Assembly: GCA_977862235.1 (NCBI GenBank) | Contig: OZ374563.1 | Coordinates: 124,001-188,000 of the forward strand | Length of the DNA: 64,000 bases | From: Dudresnaya verticillata | Taxonomy: Eukaryota | Direction: 5' to 3' | Part shown: in pieces, positions 34,876-48,089 of the stretch | Position numbering within the stretch: position 1 is the stretch's first letter | Layout: each line of letters begins with the position of its first letter | Translations under genes and position numbers: made by a program | The notes under the pieces: generated by a model | What the model was told of the DNA's origin: nothing | Seen by the model: the letters and a program-made list of their open reading frames with translations, nothing else | Database searches by the model: none

Positions 34876-36331
34876 ACAGTACAGTACTGTAGCAACCCCA
34901 TATCTGGCGCACACCGATTTGAGTCCAATTACCCAACCCGCTCGGAAAGCTAGGTCTGTTCCTTCGCCTCATGCAAACCGTGTCACCGAAGGAGCATCTA
35001 TCGCCCCCGGAGGAAGCAAGAGGTTGCTTGCGAGTCTCAGTCGCCGCAGAGCAATATTCACTCTCCCTTAGCAACCGAACTGGCTCAAACGCGTTGTCTC
35101 CAGCTTCATCGCGTTCGTTTTGCAGCTTTGCTGCGAACATTATACATCTTTAGTGCTACAGTTATTACAACAGAACGTAGCGGCCGCGGTCAGTTATCAA
35201 CAGGCGTGAGCTTGTTGACTGTCTGGTTAGGAATGTTTTTTGATGCATGTTAAGTTCCCTTAACGAGCTTCTGCTCCCAGCACAATCTTGCAAGTATCGC
35301 CAGTGATGTTTGCGGGTGTAATATGAAAGTCGCCCCTCTATATCAACATGCATGTGTTGGCATGTTGCTGATTTCAGCCACTAACGTGCAGTTCTGCAAC
35401 GTCGGGCAGGTAACTTGCACGCCAGTCAGCGCTCGCCGCCGTGGTCACCACCGCGCCAGTATGTTATCACCTACCGTCACTCGCCAAAGGCGGTGCGTAT
35501 GCTTGCGGGCCTCAATTTATCCAGATGGCACAGCTATGCCCGCAGGCTAGTCTTGGATAGTGGGTTAGTGTAATGAGCAATCGTATTTATGCCAGAAAGA
35601 ATGAATCCCAGCCTTACTTCTGCTCTCCTTGCAAAGCGGATATCGGACTCACCTGGGTCGTTTCAAACATCGCCCTGGGTTCGAGACTGTTGCGAGTCGC
35701 GGTCCTCGAGAATACAATCTCTGAGAGGGAATATATTACTGTTTGCTTTAAAGGGATGCTTGTTGTTTGCAAAAAGCATGTTTTTGCTTGCAGGTGACTT
35801 TTCAATAAGGTCAGAGGATGCAGATTTAAGGGCAAAAAAGGCGGAGTGGTTGGGGCAGTGCTACAGTAGGTGCTGTAGAGAATGTTTTGTGCGATTGTGC
35901 GCGAGGAGATGTCCGACGTTGGTCTTTCTGCCGAGGAGGCAGTGCCAGACACATTATAGCAGCTTTCCAAAGCGGGCGTGATGGACTGTTCGAACGTGGT
36001 TGACCTGACGGCGAGTTGGGGCAATAAGGATGAGCGGCTGGGTGCGGAGCTCCCGTGGCGATCCACGACGCGCTGCCTCGTCTTTCGCGCTCGCGCAACT
36101 GCTGTTATGACTTGCAGCTGGCGATGAGACTGTTGCAGTATTGTTGGGTCGAACGGTGCTGTTGACACTTCAAGAATCATGACGGCAAGCGGGAATCTGT
36201 CGGAGAGCGGAATGCGCCGAGCTCCCAGGCGATGAGATATTGCCGCGAAGCTTGCATTGCGTCGTGCTCTTCGAACGAACCACGGTAGATTACATAAGCT
36301 ATATAAAGAGGGGAGGATTAGATTCAGTATA

Positions 36332-36386
36332 TATACCTCTAGTTTGCTCCTAGCGGCGACCCTGCTAGGAGCAAACTAGAGGTATA
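36332..36386. repeat. Perfect 23-bp inverted repeat with 9-nt loop
   Basis: TATACCTCTAGTTTGCTCCTAGC-ggcgaccct-GCTAGGAGCAAACTAGAGGTATA. Confidence 0.95.
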
Positions 36387-38371
36387 CGGTTAACCGTAAT
36401 TACGAGTAGCTGTGTACCAAAACGCGCATTTCATGCACCACCAAGTGGATTGATTGCAGCGACCACGATCCGCCACCTGTTTCCCACTCTGCCGTTCCAG
36501 CGTCTGCAAGATCCATCTGTTTTGCGTGTGATTTATTTTGTCTGATCCGCAACCAAGATTTTGTCCAATCCGGAGCTTTTTCACTCCCATGAGCACGTAA
36601 AATGAACAAGTCTCCACTCTGATGATTCATTTCTTGTTTCAATTTTATGCGCGTTTGTGGGCTGATCAAATCATAATGTTACTTCCCTTCCTCTTTCCAG
36701 CAAAAGAATTAGGCAAAGACCACCTCGGGGAATGAGTAGAGAAAGCAGTAGTCCAGAGACTGGAAGGCTGTAGTTGAATTTATCTTCACGCAGTACGCAT
36801 CCAGACTAAAGGAAAAGTATCGCTGATAATGGCGTAATTGTTTGTGGTGTTGAAGGTTTGTTGCCAAAATCCGTTCATGTTTGGAGAGCTGAGCAGCGTG
36901 CTAGTTGATGTGAATGGGAATGCAAACTGTGCCGCAGTTTGAAGACAGCCAAGTTAGGACGGAGGACTTACGATGATATTCCCCCAGGCGTTCGTAGCTT
37001 CGACAGGGAGGCGCTGGTCAGCAAATGGTGGTGTTTACCAAGGAGAACAAACTGAATTGACTTCTCCGCTACTATAAAGAAGCCGAGAGCAGACGCGAAG
37101 ACAGACTCCATGAATGACATTGTAAGATGGGAAGAGCTCTGATTTGGGCGTGATGCCGTGATGCACGAATAGAGAGCCTCAAGCGCAGACGTCTCGCCGG
37201 CTGCGGCTCTCATCATCTTCCAGGCCTCGTCCAGGAAGCAACTGCGAATTGCGTTTTGACACCGGCTGCAGCGCATGCGCTTCAGGTGCCGTACGTCCGA
37301 TGAGAGAGTCTGCACTCTGTCACACAGCGGCTGTGGGAGAGCAGAAATCCGTCGGCGGGTGGAAGTACGTTTGCTCTTTCGGCCGCTCTTTCGGCGGCGG
37401 CATGCATAGTGTGTGGAAGGAGGCGAGAGTGCCATCTTTCGCTCGAAGCGAAAAGCATTGCCTTTGAAGCTTTGATATTTCACTTGCGCGCTCGGGTTAA
37501 CATTGATGTACACAGCCAAGCTACGTAAGCGCACAGAAATATCTCTATCAGTAGATGTCAGCGTCAATTTGGCGCCTTTTCCTGCACGTCCCCAATGGTT
37601 TCTGGTTTTGTGGCAAGGACCTCTTTGACGACGCAGGACGAATGAGCATTTCGAAGATCTCCTATTTCAGCGGAGAACTAGGACTTCACAACTAATACAA
37701 AACAACAGGCAACAGGCAATGAAGTGACACTTGTGGCCGAACACCCACGAACAGACATTAATTCTCAAACGGTACACTAGTAGATCTATGCACTTCTACA
37801 ACCCTCCATGCTTATTGCTTGGTTCCATGAGATTCCAGCAGTTCTCGCGCCTTCATCGCCCCCAGCAATCCAACAACGTTTGTCATAGTGCTCTCGTCTA
37901 CCACCAAATCGTTCGGAACGATAAGAAACTGCGTAAATCCACCGCCCGAAGATTGTGTCATGTTTACGACCTCAAGAATCTTATATGCGTCGTTGCTCAG
38001 CTCCCTCACCCACTCACTCTTCTTTCCACAAGCTCTCAGAAACTCCGTGACCTGCGAATGACCCGAAACCAGCAGGGACCAATGTTTCTCCGTTGCCTTT
38101 TGTATCGTGATACGGTTCTTCGAATATTGTGAAGTTTGATTTATTGGTATTTTGTTTAGAGTGGTCCTGCGCGGGCGGCTATGGCCCATTTGCAGGCACA
38201 CTTTCAGGCTGTGGTCTATTCAGGCGATGTGGAGTGCATGCTCCTGCGGGAGGGGGAGAGGGAATTCTTCTTGGCAGGCCGCTCGGATCAGGTGGATGGC
38301 TTCCGTTATTTCTTGGAGATCTTGAGGGGTGGGGTCGCGTAGTGCGAGTGACAGCGGGTTGGCGGAGGGCA

Positions 38372-41300
38372 GCCATCCTTCTTAATAGTGACTACAGTGT
38401 CCGTTGCGGTGTGAACCTCGTAGGGGCCTGTCGATCTTGGGAGGAGCTTCTTCATTTGCACCGCAAATTCACCGACGTGGTCAGGGCCTTGGCCCAATCG
38501 GTCGCGTTCCTTCCGTTCGGTGGGTCGTAGATTACGCGGCGGGCGATCTACGTAGACTTGATCGCCACCGCGAACCACCGGTCGGAAACGCACCTTACGG
38601 TCGAAGAGGGCCTTCGACTTCAACTGGGCTGTAGTTTGCTTGGTCTTCGCCTTCTGTAGGGCATAGCGCAAACGCCGCATGGTTCCCCGCTTTTGGAGTA
38701 CGGGCGTCATACGCCCCTCCGTAACGGTTTCTTCCAACTCCACAGGGGTGCCACGCACAATAATATCCGATGGGTGTCGAGTTAACACCAAGTCAAAGGG
38801 AGTAGTATCCGTAATCCGGTGTACCTGCATATTATAGGAGTAGGTCAACGGCTGTAGGTATAACCCCCAATCGGTGTGGTGATCCTCGACGTAGTGTCGA
38901 AGGCGCTGCGCGATGGTTTTGTTAAACCGCTCGGCTTGCCCGTTGGTTTGCGGGTGGTAGGCAGCGGTCAGCAAATGCCGCACTCCGAGTAGGGCACAGA
39001 CAGCGTCGAAGAACTTCGCCGTGAACTGTCTTCCATTGTCGGTGAGTACAAATTTAGGTGTGCCATACGCATACACCTAATGGTCTAAAAATGCATTCTC
39101 CACCACGACGGCTGTAATCGTCCGTAACGGGATGCACCGTGTTAGTTTAGAAAAACAATCGGTGATGACCAGTACAAAGACGTATCCCCGTTTGGTTTTC
39201 GGCAGCGGGCCCAGTATATCCGTAGCGACAAACTCCAGTGGGCCACTAGCGGGAAATAGCTTCATGGACTTCTGATGCTTAAACCGCGAGCCCTTGGTTT
39301 TGACACATGAGCGGCAACTCCGATCGGTCTCGAATACATCGTTAGCCATATGTGGCCAATAGTAGTCTCTCCGTAAGCTGTAGTACATCTTAATTCCGCC
39401 AGGGTGTCCAGACATGAGGGTGTAGGGGCGAGATACAGGACCCTGCCGCGCATCTGTTGCGGTACTGCCTTTTGGAGTGCGCCGTCGAGGGCAGATTTAC
39501 GCACGAGAAACCCATGTCGGTCGTAGTCAAATTGTGATCCAGGGGATCCCACCGATTCGGCTTTAAGCTTGCAGAACGTATCTGTTGCTTGCGCGGCTAT
39601 GAACTCCTCACGGGTAAGGGTTTCATTGCGCATATCCTCTTGTTGGATGACCGTTTGCCGGAGTGGAGTGGGTGGTACTGTATCCTTTTCAGGCGTAGTA
39701 TCCGTTTCGTTGTCTCCACTTTCAACGCCTAGGACAAGGCTGCTTGCGGCATCAGGCTGTTGGGTCTGTTTCCAATTGGTTAGTTGCACACCATGTTGCA
39801 CTACACCATTAGGAGTCGATTCCATAACGAAGCAAGGTACTTCTTCATCCATTTCAGCTTTGTCAGCACCACCTGTTCGGAGTCTTGACATACCGTCTGC
39901 GAGTTGGTGCTTGATACCAGGGCGGTATTGTACTTCGAACGCAAATTCCGATAGGCGTAGGCGCCATCTTGCTAAGCGTCCAGACGCATCGGCTAGACTC
40001 AATATCCAGCGTAATGCGTCGTGATCCGTACGGAGTATAGACTTTTCACCGTAAAGGTAGGGGCGTAGCGTTAGCATACTCCAAACTACAACAAGGCACT
40101 CCTTTTCAGTGGTTGTGTAATTCTTCTCCGCATCGGCTAGGCTTCGGCTCCAGTAACCCACTGGTATATTATCTCCACTAGGTTGCTCCTGGAGAAGGAC
40201 ACACCCAACTTGGTAATCAAAAGCGTCAGTATCCAACGTGTAATTGAAACCATGGCGGGGTAAAGCCAATATTGGTGGAGAGATTAGGTGTCTCTTTAAC
40301 TCCTCAAAGGCGTTAAACTCCGTTTCGGTGAGAGTTCCAAACTAGAATACCAGACCCTTGCTGGTTTTCTTATTGAGTGGCGAAGCAATGCGTGCGAAAT
40401 TGGGAACGAAGCGTCGATAGACGTTACATAATCCTAGAAAAGAGCGCAACCCCGTTTGGTTTGTAGGTGGCTTAGCCTCCTTAACGGCGAGAATATTCTT
40501 CCGTTCCACTTCTAGTTGGCCCGGGCGCACTATGTGGCCCAGATACTGTACGGAAGTGTCGAAGAAGGCACACTTTGATAATTTCAGAGTTACACCTGCG
40601 GAACGGAGTAGCGTGAGGACCTCCTTAAGGTATTCGAAGTGCTCCATGACGGTGTTAGAATATACAATCACATCATCCAGGTAGACTAAGGCAAATTGCC
40701 ATTTCACCGTAGATAGGATGATGTCAACCGCCCGTTGGAAAGTAGCGGGTGCGTTCTTGAGCCCAAAAGGCATTCTCCGGAAGCGGTATAATCCATAATG
40801 ACTGGTGAAGGTAGTTTTGTCACGCTCCTCCTCGGGGATCTCTACTTCCCAGTAGCCACTATTACAATCCAGAGTGGTGAATACTGTAGCTTCTCCAAGG
40901 GATTCGATACATTCATCCATCCGGGGTAAAGGGTATGAATCCCGAACAGTGACAGCATTAAGACGCCTGTAATCGACACAAAACCGCATGGAGCCGTCCT
41001 TTTGAGGAAGGAAGACCACAGGGCTGGCCCACTCCGAAGCGGATGGCTCGATCACCTTAGCGGACAACATACGATCCACTTCTGCCTTCTCCAGCTCGCG
41101 CTGTTTATGTCCTGCCCGATATGGTGCTTGATACACCGGTTTGGCACCAGGCTTTAATTCAATACGGTGTTTCGCGGCAGTTATATTTCCTAACTCGCCG
41201 TTCCACATAGTGCGGAACTCCTCGAGGAGTGTAACCACCTTAGCGCGGAGTTTTTCACCCTTGGCACCAATATGGATGTTATCTTTCCAATCGGTGTCAG

Positions 41301-44260
41301 GGGTTGTAGTTGATTCCGATACGGTGTATCCTTTGAATCCATCCTGGGGTGTAGCCTTGCTGCTTTCATTAGGAGGAGTAGGAAAGGAATTAATATGTCC
41401 TCCCCCCTCCTTAAATGGAGGTACACCGTTAACGGTGAGTATGGCAGAGGGAGCAGCAGTAGCGAGGCCCAGGACGGTAGACTTGGGTAAACGCACCGGT
41501 TTTGGGAAAATTTGTCAGCCACACCTTAAAGGGTTTGTTAGGGATTATATCCATAACTCCTTTAGCCATAAGGGTGAGGTGCTTATGGATGGGATTGGGA
41601 TGGGTTTTGAAGAAAACACAAACCACCGGTAGGAGTGGTGACCAATGCAAGGGATTGGGTCATAAGGGAGTTTGCTAGTCGGAGCTTTTGCGATATCGAA
41701 GCGGATGACACAGGGGGCCCTGAAGAGTAGAGGCAGCCACCGTTTTGGAGTGTCTGGTTTGTCCCATTAGCGAAACCGGGGAGTGGTGATGAAAAACAAC
41801 TTTCTGTGCCGGTGGGAGGATCGCCTTGACATGGCGATCAATAAAACTCGTTCCCAGGATACACGGAGCAGCAAGGTTCGCGACCACCAGGAAGTGGACT
41901 CGAGTACGCAATTCTCCGATACGGACAAAAAGTTGAATGACACCAAGCGGGTGTATCGACCTATTGGACGCATCACGTAAAGGTGGACTGGCAGCGGGGC
42001 GAATCAAAGACAACCACTGGCGTGGAAGCCGTCTGGCATTAATGAGATTTGGCCCAGCACCAGATTCCAATACGGTGATGAGAGGCAACATGAGGTCATT
42101 ACTCCTTCCCACGGTAATCTGGATTTTATAATTCTGCCGTTGTAGAACACAGACAGAATCACCGGGTGGTGGAAATTCAAGAGGGATTTCTGGAACAAAA
42201 TCAAGGGGGTACTCCGTAATGGTAGCGGACTGACAGTCCAGCAAAGCCCGTATTGGTGGGCGTACCACGTTGCATGGAGGAGAGCGGGACGCCCTTACAC
42301 GTCTCCTGCGACGTTTTCCGAATCGGGGTGCGACATGAGTGCCTCCTCCACCATATCAGCTGGGGGCTCGCCAACCGCACCACCATCGACAGTCAGCACC
42401 CGCGCTGGGCGTTGCTGGTAGTTACCCGGTGGACGATTTCCCGTATTGGAGTTGGCGAAGGCCTGCCGCTTGAGGAGGAGGGCCTGATAGTTGCGCTCGC
42501 GCTCTTCCATCAGGGGACCCCTTTCGGTGTCGCTCAGATACGGACAAATGACATGGTCCGGGGAGAGGCACAAACGACAGTAGCCGCTTCCATAGAGGCG
42601 TCTAACATCCGGTGAGGTGTGATCCGTATGCTCTGCGGCAGGGGATTGTTTTCCAATACGGTGTTCGCCCTGCCCTTGACGGGGAGGCGTGTTGCCGTGG
42701 GGGCGTCCGATATAGCTGGGATGCTGCCCGGTGGTTCCTTGACGGTGTTCGGTTCCCTGACGGTGTGTGGCGGGACCGTAGCGGCTATCAGCCGGTCCGT
42801 AGCGGGGTTGCCGGGTGGTTGCATCCGTGGCGCTGGTGGGCGTAGGTTGGGCGTCCGAGGCGGAGTAGGGTAGACACTACTCGGTTGGGAAGAGTACGCT
42901 GTAGTAAACGTAACCCCCGACGAGGTGCCAGCGCTTCGACCCGCGCCACCTTCCAGGGCGAGCACGTGCTCCTCCGATTCAGCGTGATGCTACGAGTAGG
43001 TGTACTTCGATGGAGAACCAATCGACAGAACGCCCGAACGTCGTGACTGACTCTTAGGTTTTCCGTCGAAGACGTGCACCGCTGAGGTTTGGCATCTGGT
43101 TGCCCGATGGGATTCTCCAAGCCCTTTAGCGTAGCGGGTGATGGTTTGGTAATCCATATGGGGGTGTGCGGCCAGATAATTGCACATCTGCTGACACGTT
43201 CCCGGTAGGAGTCTTTCCACAAACAGCGACTTGAGGGACCTGTCGGAGAATACTGTACAGCATCGGAGTGCCTTAGTCCAAAGTTGGTTGGAGAATTGCT
43301 CTTCCGTTAAGGCCGACGTTTGTCGAAACGACTTTACGTCCGAATACCCTTCGGCAATCACCTCATCGGTAGCATAAGTCCTTAGCAAAAAGTTCACCAC
43401 TTCGGTATAGGTGCGAAGCATCTCTGCTTGCTCCTCGTCGACCGCCATGGTGCCACCAGCGAGACGGGCCTGAAGTATAGCTTCAGCCTGTCCACGCAAG
43501 AAAAACTGGAAGCACCACAGTGCGGTTCCTTCCGAAATGGAGTTGATGTTACACGCATCCTTGAACTTCGCGAGAAATCCAAGGACCGTGATGGGGTCTG
43601 TACCGTTAAAGGAGTGGGACTTCATTTGCACCTCCAGCTTTTCGCGGATACGTCCCATATTCTGGGACAAGCTGGAGCTGTAGTATGAACTCCTTTTCTC
43701 CAGTCGGTATGTTCGGAAATCCAGCGCCTTCACGAACCTTTCGTTCAGGGGCCGGATCACCTTTGGGAGTGGCCTGTCGACCTCTCGGTGTTTGGCGTCG
43801 TGTTTTCTGGCCCGACGCCGCTCGTCCCTATCCGTATCGGAGTAGCTCGTATCAGAGCCGGAGGAATGGGAGGAGTCATGCCCTTTTCGGCGCCTATGGA
43901 GCGACTTGCGCTTATTCTTCTTCCTATTGCGGTGTTGGCTATCATCAGATTCCGTGCCGGAGTGTTCTTTGTCCCGTCGCGAAGCGCGTTTGCTCCGTTG
44001 CGAACGGTCACGTTCCTTATCGGAGTGGGAGTCCTTGGCCTTTCTGTCACCACTGTCTCTACCACGCCGGTCTTGGTTTTTCTTGGAGTCACCATCGGAG
44101 TGCTCACTGCCTCTACGCGAAGCCACCGGCACGGTGATACGTTCCCTCGCAGGCACTTCTGCGGGTCCAGGGACCGTACTCCGATTCGGTTGGGGTTGGT
44201 GTGTTGGATCCAATTCGGTGTATTGAGTTTGGGTAGGTAACCCAGGGGCTGTCGCTTGCT
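38372..44260 (-). mobile_element. Gypsy family B internal region (gag-PR-RT-RH-IN), LTR-less, degenerate (copy B')
   Basis: Gag about 42990-44260 (FRTYRL, FNGTDPITVLGFL) with knuckle CRLCLSPDHVIC. Protease LESGAG, RT FCVDYRRLN/YLDD, RNase H DTDAF, integrase TDILGP/TDNG/AER. Truncated after TVVTIKKDG. 38372-40645 is the near-identical inverse of 48090-50370. Confidence 0.92.
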
Positions 44261-44320
44261 GTGGCACGACGCCTGCAGCACTGGGCGGCGCGCCTGCGCC
44301 GCCCTGAGCGCCTGGGTACA

Positions 44321-46816
44321 TCAGTTGCCCGGCGCCTTGCCAAGGGGCAGCCGGGCCAGAAGGGCCCGGAGCGTACGACTGCATCGCTGAATCGACGCAT
44401 ACCCCGTCGGGGGCGGCTGGTACTCCTCGCGAAGCCTCTTGCGCGCCGGCGCATAAGACATGCGCTGGACTTCCCCGCGGAGCCTCTGCACCTCGCGGGC
44501 AAAGCCGTCCCGCTCGTCGCGGTATCGAACCGCGACGGCATTGGAGGCGTTGACGTCCTCCTGCAGCGCCACTGCGCTCGATGCCAGGGCCTGCAGGAGC
44601 GTGCGTGTCGACACGCCTTGCCCGACGCGCGCCAAGGAGGCCGCGCTGCGTGCAGTCGGATCGGCCCAGACTGCCGCACTCACCTCCTCGTCCAGTGGGT
44701 CGACCACTGGAGGAGGTGGGACATAAGCCACCGCCGGCGACCCAGACGGGGCCGGCGGGGGCTGGTACACCTCAACGGCAGCGGCCGGAGGGGCGCGGGC
44801 CGTCGACGGCCCCCCAACAGCCGGTCCGCCGACTGCCGCAGGGGCGGCTGGCGCACGACGCGCGGACGCCCTTGGGGGCGGCGGGATGTATGACTCGGTC
44901 TCCGCCGCCATGACGGCCGCGGCTGACCCAGGGTTAGCACCCACGCCACGATGGCGACGACCGGCGCGCTCAGTGCGGGCCATGGCGGCCATCGAGGCGA
45001 ACCCGGAGCGCTCGACGCGCTCCCGCCGGTCACGTGCGCCACGATTGCGCTGGAGCCTGTAGAGGGCCCCTGTCTCTGGCAAGAAGCCACACACGAACGC
45101 GTCGACGCGTGAAGAGAAGTGACGCCTCCGCGTGTGCTTCTCGGTTGCCGCAGCCACTCGGCGGACTACGCAGAGTAGCTCTCCGAACCCAAAAGACGTG
45201 CCATCCGAAGAACGGAGCAAGTATGGGAAACACGGCCTCTCGCTTGACCAGCCGGTCGCGAGGAAATTAATCAGGCGGGCGTCGAAGACCCAGCCTGTCC
45301 CCTTCGCGAGGAGCTCGATGCAGTAGCGGCGGCCCACCTCGAAGGCGTATTCATCTGAGCACCTAGCCAGGAGCTCACGACGAGCAGCTACGCCACCGAC
45401 TGTCGCGTAGTGGAAATACCGGTCTACGGTTATCCACGGGATAGTGAATCCCGATGGCGTCTCCCGGTGGGAGTACCACTACGCTGATGGGAACCAGGCC
45501 GCGTCGAGCGCTGGATGCAACTTGCACCCCTTTGACGGGCGTCCTTCGCCCGGGGCCTTGCACACGTCCCAGTCCCGCTCCCCGAAGCATACCCCAAAGA
45601 GGCGGCGCGCAGAGTCGGCATCGGCCAGACGGTGCGCGAGGTCCACGGGCTCGTCGACGGGCACCGTGCGCATCTCTGAGATGGTGGCAGGCAGGGGCGG
45701 GGCCCACTCATCGGCGGGTGTCAGGAAGAGGGCATCGGCTGCCCTGTCCACCCGCCGAAGCTCCTCAAGGGAGGCGACGTAAGAAACGTCGCAGGGTAGC
45801 CCCAACGGCGTGAGCCAGACTATGGCGTCCGCCGGGAGGAAAGCGGCATAGGCTGCCGCCCCTCCGTCCACGCTCGCGTGGGCCACCCTCAGGAGCCGCC
45901 GGACGTCTTCCCGAGGCTCCTGCAGCCCGCGCCACTGATCCAGCGGGATCTGGTGGCGCGGCGCCCCCCAGGCGAAGACCGTCTCGGTCGGGGGCGCGTG
46001 CTGTCCAGGGGGCGCCTGGCCCATGAGGGGCGGTCCGACTGAGACGGACACCCCAACAAGAGGCACGACGGGCGCAGCGGTGGACTCACTCACGCCCGCG
46101 GCCTCCCCCTCTGCGTTGGCAGAGGCCACGGGAGACGGCGTCGGGGCCGTCGACGGCCCCAAGCCACTAGAATCGCGCGGGACAAAGGGTGCCGCCGCTG
46201 CGGGGACTTTCTCCGACCCTGATGGCGTGGGTGACCTCGACGGACTCAGGTCGAGCACCCTCGCCACCATCGGCACCGCGGAGCGCGAAGGCTGCTCCGC
46301 AGGTGCCCCTCCTCGCGTCGACGCGGGTTGATTGCTTTGAGCCGTAGGCCCTGCGCGAGGCGGGCCAGTCGGCTGAAAGACCCGAGCCGCCGCTACTGGG
46401 CGCGGGGCGGCAGAGGCCGCCCCACTCGGGTCCTTCACTCTCTCGCCCTGCGTCGCGGCAAGGGCCACCGCCTCTGACCAGACGTCAGCGGCGGGCGTTG
46501 GGGTGGGGTTGGCGTCGACGCCACCCGCCCCGGCGGAAGAAGCCGGCGCAACAGCCCCGGCCTTGCCCAGCGCACCCGTCGATGCGGGCGCTTCTTCTGG
46601 CACAACCGTCGAAGGTTGCGCCTCTTCTGTAGCGACCGTCGAACGTCGCTCTGCGGTTGGCGCGGCCGTCGAAGGCCGCGCCTCCCCGCCAGCCAGCGCC
46701 CTTGGCACCGGCCCGGCAGGCCCACCCCCTACGACTGACTCAGTCGAGGAGGTGGGCTTCGTAACCGGCGCCCCCTCGGCGGGGGCGCCGTCCGCGATCG
46801 GTTCGCGTGACTCCAT
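44321..46816 (-). pseudogene. Antisense accessory ORF of element C (one in-frame TAG at 45479-45481)
   Basis: ORFs 45479-47314 and 44321-45337 share one frame. Likely ATG at 46816 (MESREP). TPLGLPCDVSYV and EYAFEVGRRY match the element A ORF. Confidence 0.8.
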
Positions 46817-47148
46817 CGCCGCGTCGACGCTGGCAATGGGGGAGGAAATTGAGAGCGTCGAAAGCTTGGAGCGTATGGCAATGGTCGACAGGCAGCTGTA
46901 CGCGTGGGGGAGGGAGTGTTGGTGGTCGTGGTGAGCGATGACCAGACCACCCACCCCTCGGAGCCGCAGAGGCGGCTCCCTAAATAGCCCGTCGCGGCTC
47001 AGCGCGGGCACACCCGACGTGGCATCGACGCCCGTCACCGACGGACGCCCGGGAGCCCGCTGGCCAATCCCGGGCGCCGTCTTGGCCACCCCACAGCGTG
47101 CGCGTTGTAACGGTCGCGACCGAGGCGTTCGCGCTTGAGGGGGGGTTG

Positions 47149-48089
47149 TGTGGCATAGCTGTAAGACCAGCTGTGCCACGCACGCGCAGCTGTAAGACCA
47201 GCTGCGCCACGTGTGCACGGCCGTGCGCACGCTGTCAGCCGGTGGCGCCGAAGCCCCGCTGAGCTGTAAGGAAGTGCGCAGTGGCGCGCGCAGCTGTAAG
47301 ACCAGCTGAGCCACGTGTGGACTGCTGTGCGCACGCTGTCAGCCGGTGGCGCCGAAGCCCCGCTGAACTGTAAGGGAGTTCGCAGTGGCGCCCACGTGTA
47401 CACGCGTTCGCGTGTGACACTGAAACTCCCATCTAATATCTACGTTTATTGTTTTCTAAGTGTACAGCACCCTCTAGTGTAAGCGGCGGTCGAACGCCCT
47501 GCTGTCCCGCGCGCTGTGCACACGCACTCCGGCGCAGAGCCGTTGAGTGCGTGACACGCGCGCGCGCACTCCGGCGTCGAGCCGTTGAGTACGTGTGGAC
47601 CGTTCCGCATACGCGCGCCCCCGGGTTACCGTTACCCGTACCTGTCGACGCGTGTTGGGGCGCGCCGGCGCACCTCCCGGGTTGGTGCCGCCGCAGGCCC
47701 TGTAGTATATCTAGTATTCGCCCCTCTGGGCTTCAGTAAACCAGGCAAGCCAGCCTACGCCAGGCTTGCCCTTTCTGCTTTGGGTTTCTTTCCCAGTCCT
47801 TCGCCCCACGGCTTCCCTCTTTCCCTAGCCGTCTACGCTTTCCTTTTCCTTTCCCTACCGTCGGCTTCGTGCCGCCCCACGACGGGGACGCAGGGATCCG
47901 GCCGCTGCCGCCCGCGTACGGTACGCCCCGTGCGCGCTCAGGCTTCGACGCCGTTGATCCGCGACCGTCGACGGCGCGCGCGGCCGACACCACCGCTCTA
48001 CCACCACAGCTACCACCCTTCGACGGGTCTGGGTGCGACTGATCGACCAGCGCAGCTAGACGTCAGTTCGACCTGACGTCTATGCCACA
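47149..48089 (+). repeat. Family C 3' LTR (941 bp)
   Basis: TGTGGCATAG...CTATGCCACA. Internal AGCTGTAAGACCAGCTG repeats and an about 105-bp tandem duplication (47187-47395). Confidence 0.9.

Larger units (their letters stand above)
32863..36249 (+). repeat. Direct segmental duplication, copy 2
   Basis: Colinear near-identical copy of 1-3387 at offset 32862. Confidence 0.95.
44265..48089 (+). mobile_element. 3' half of a GC-rich Gypsy-type element (family C): antisense ORF, PPT and 3' LTR
   Basis: PPT GAGGGGGGG at 47137-47145. LTR with perfect 10-bp terminal IR. Directly followed by mid-RT sequence of family B. The left boundary is approximate (composition shift). Confidence 0.8.

Noticed and set aside
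36968..38201. Minus-strand ORFs of 199 and 129 aa as a host gene
   Set aside because: No recognisable motif or clear start and splice structure. They may be gene fragments but cannot be supported.
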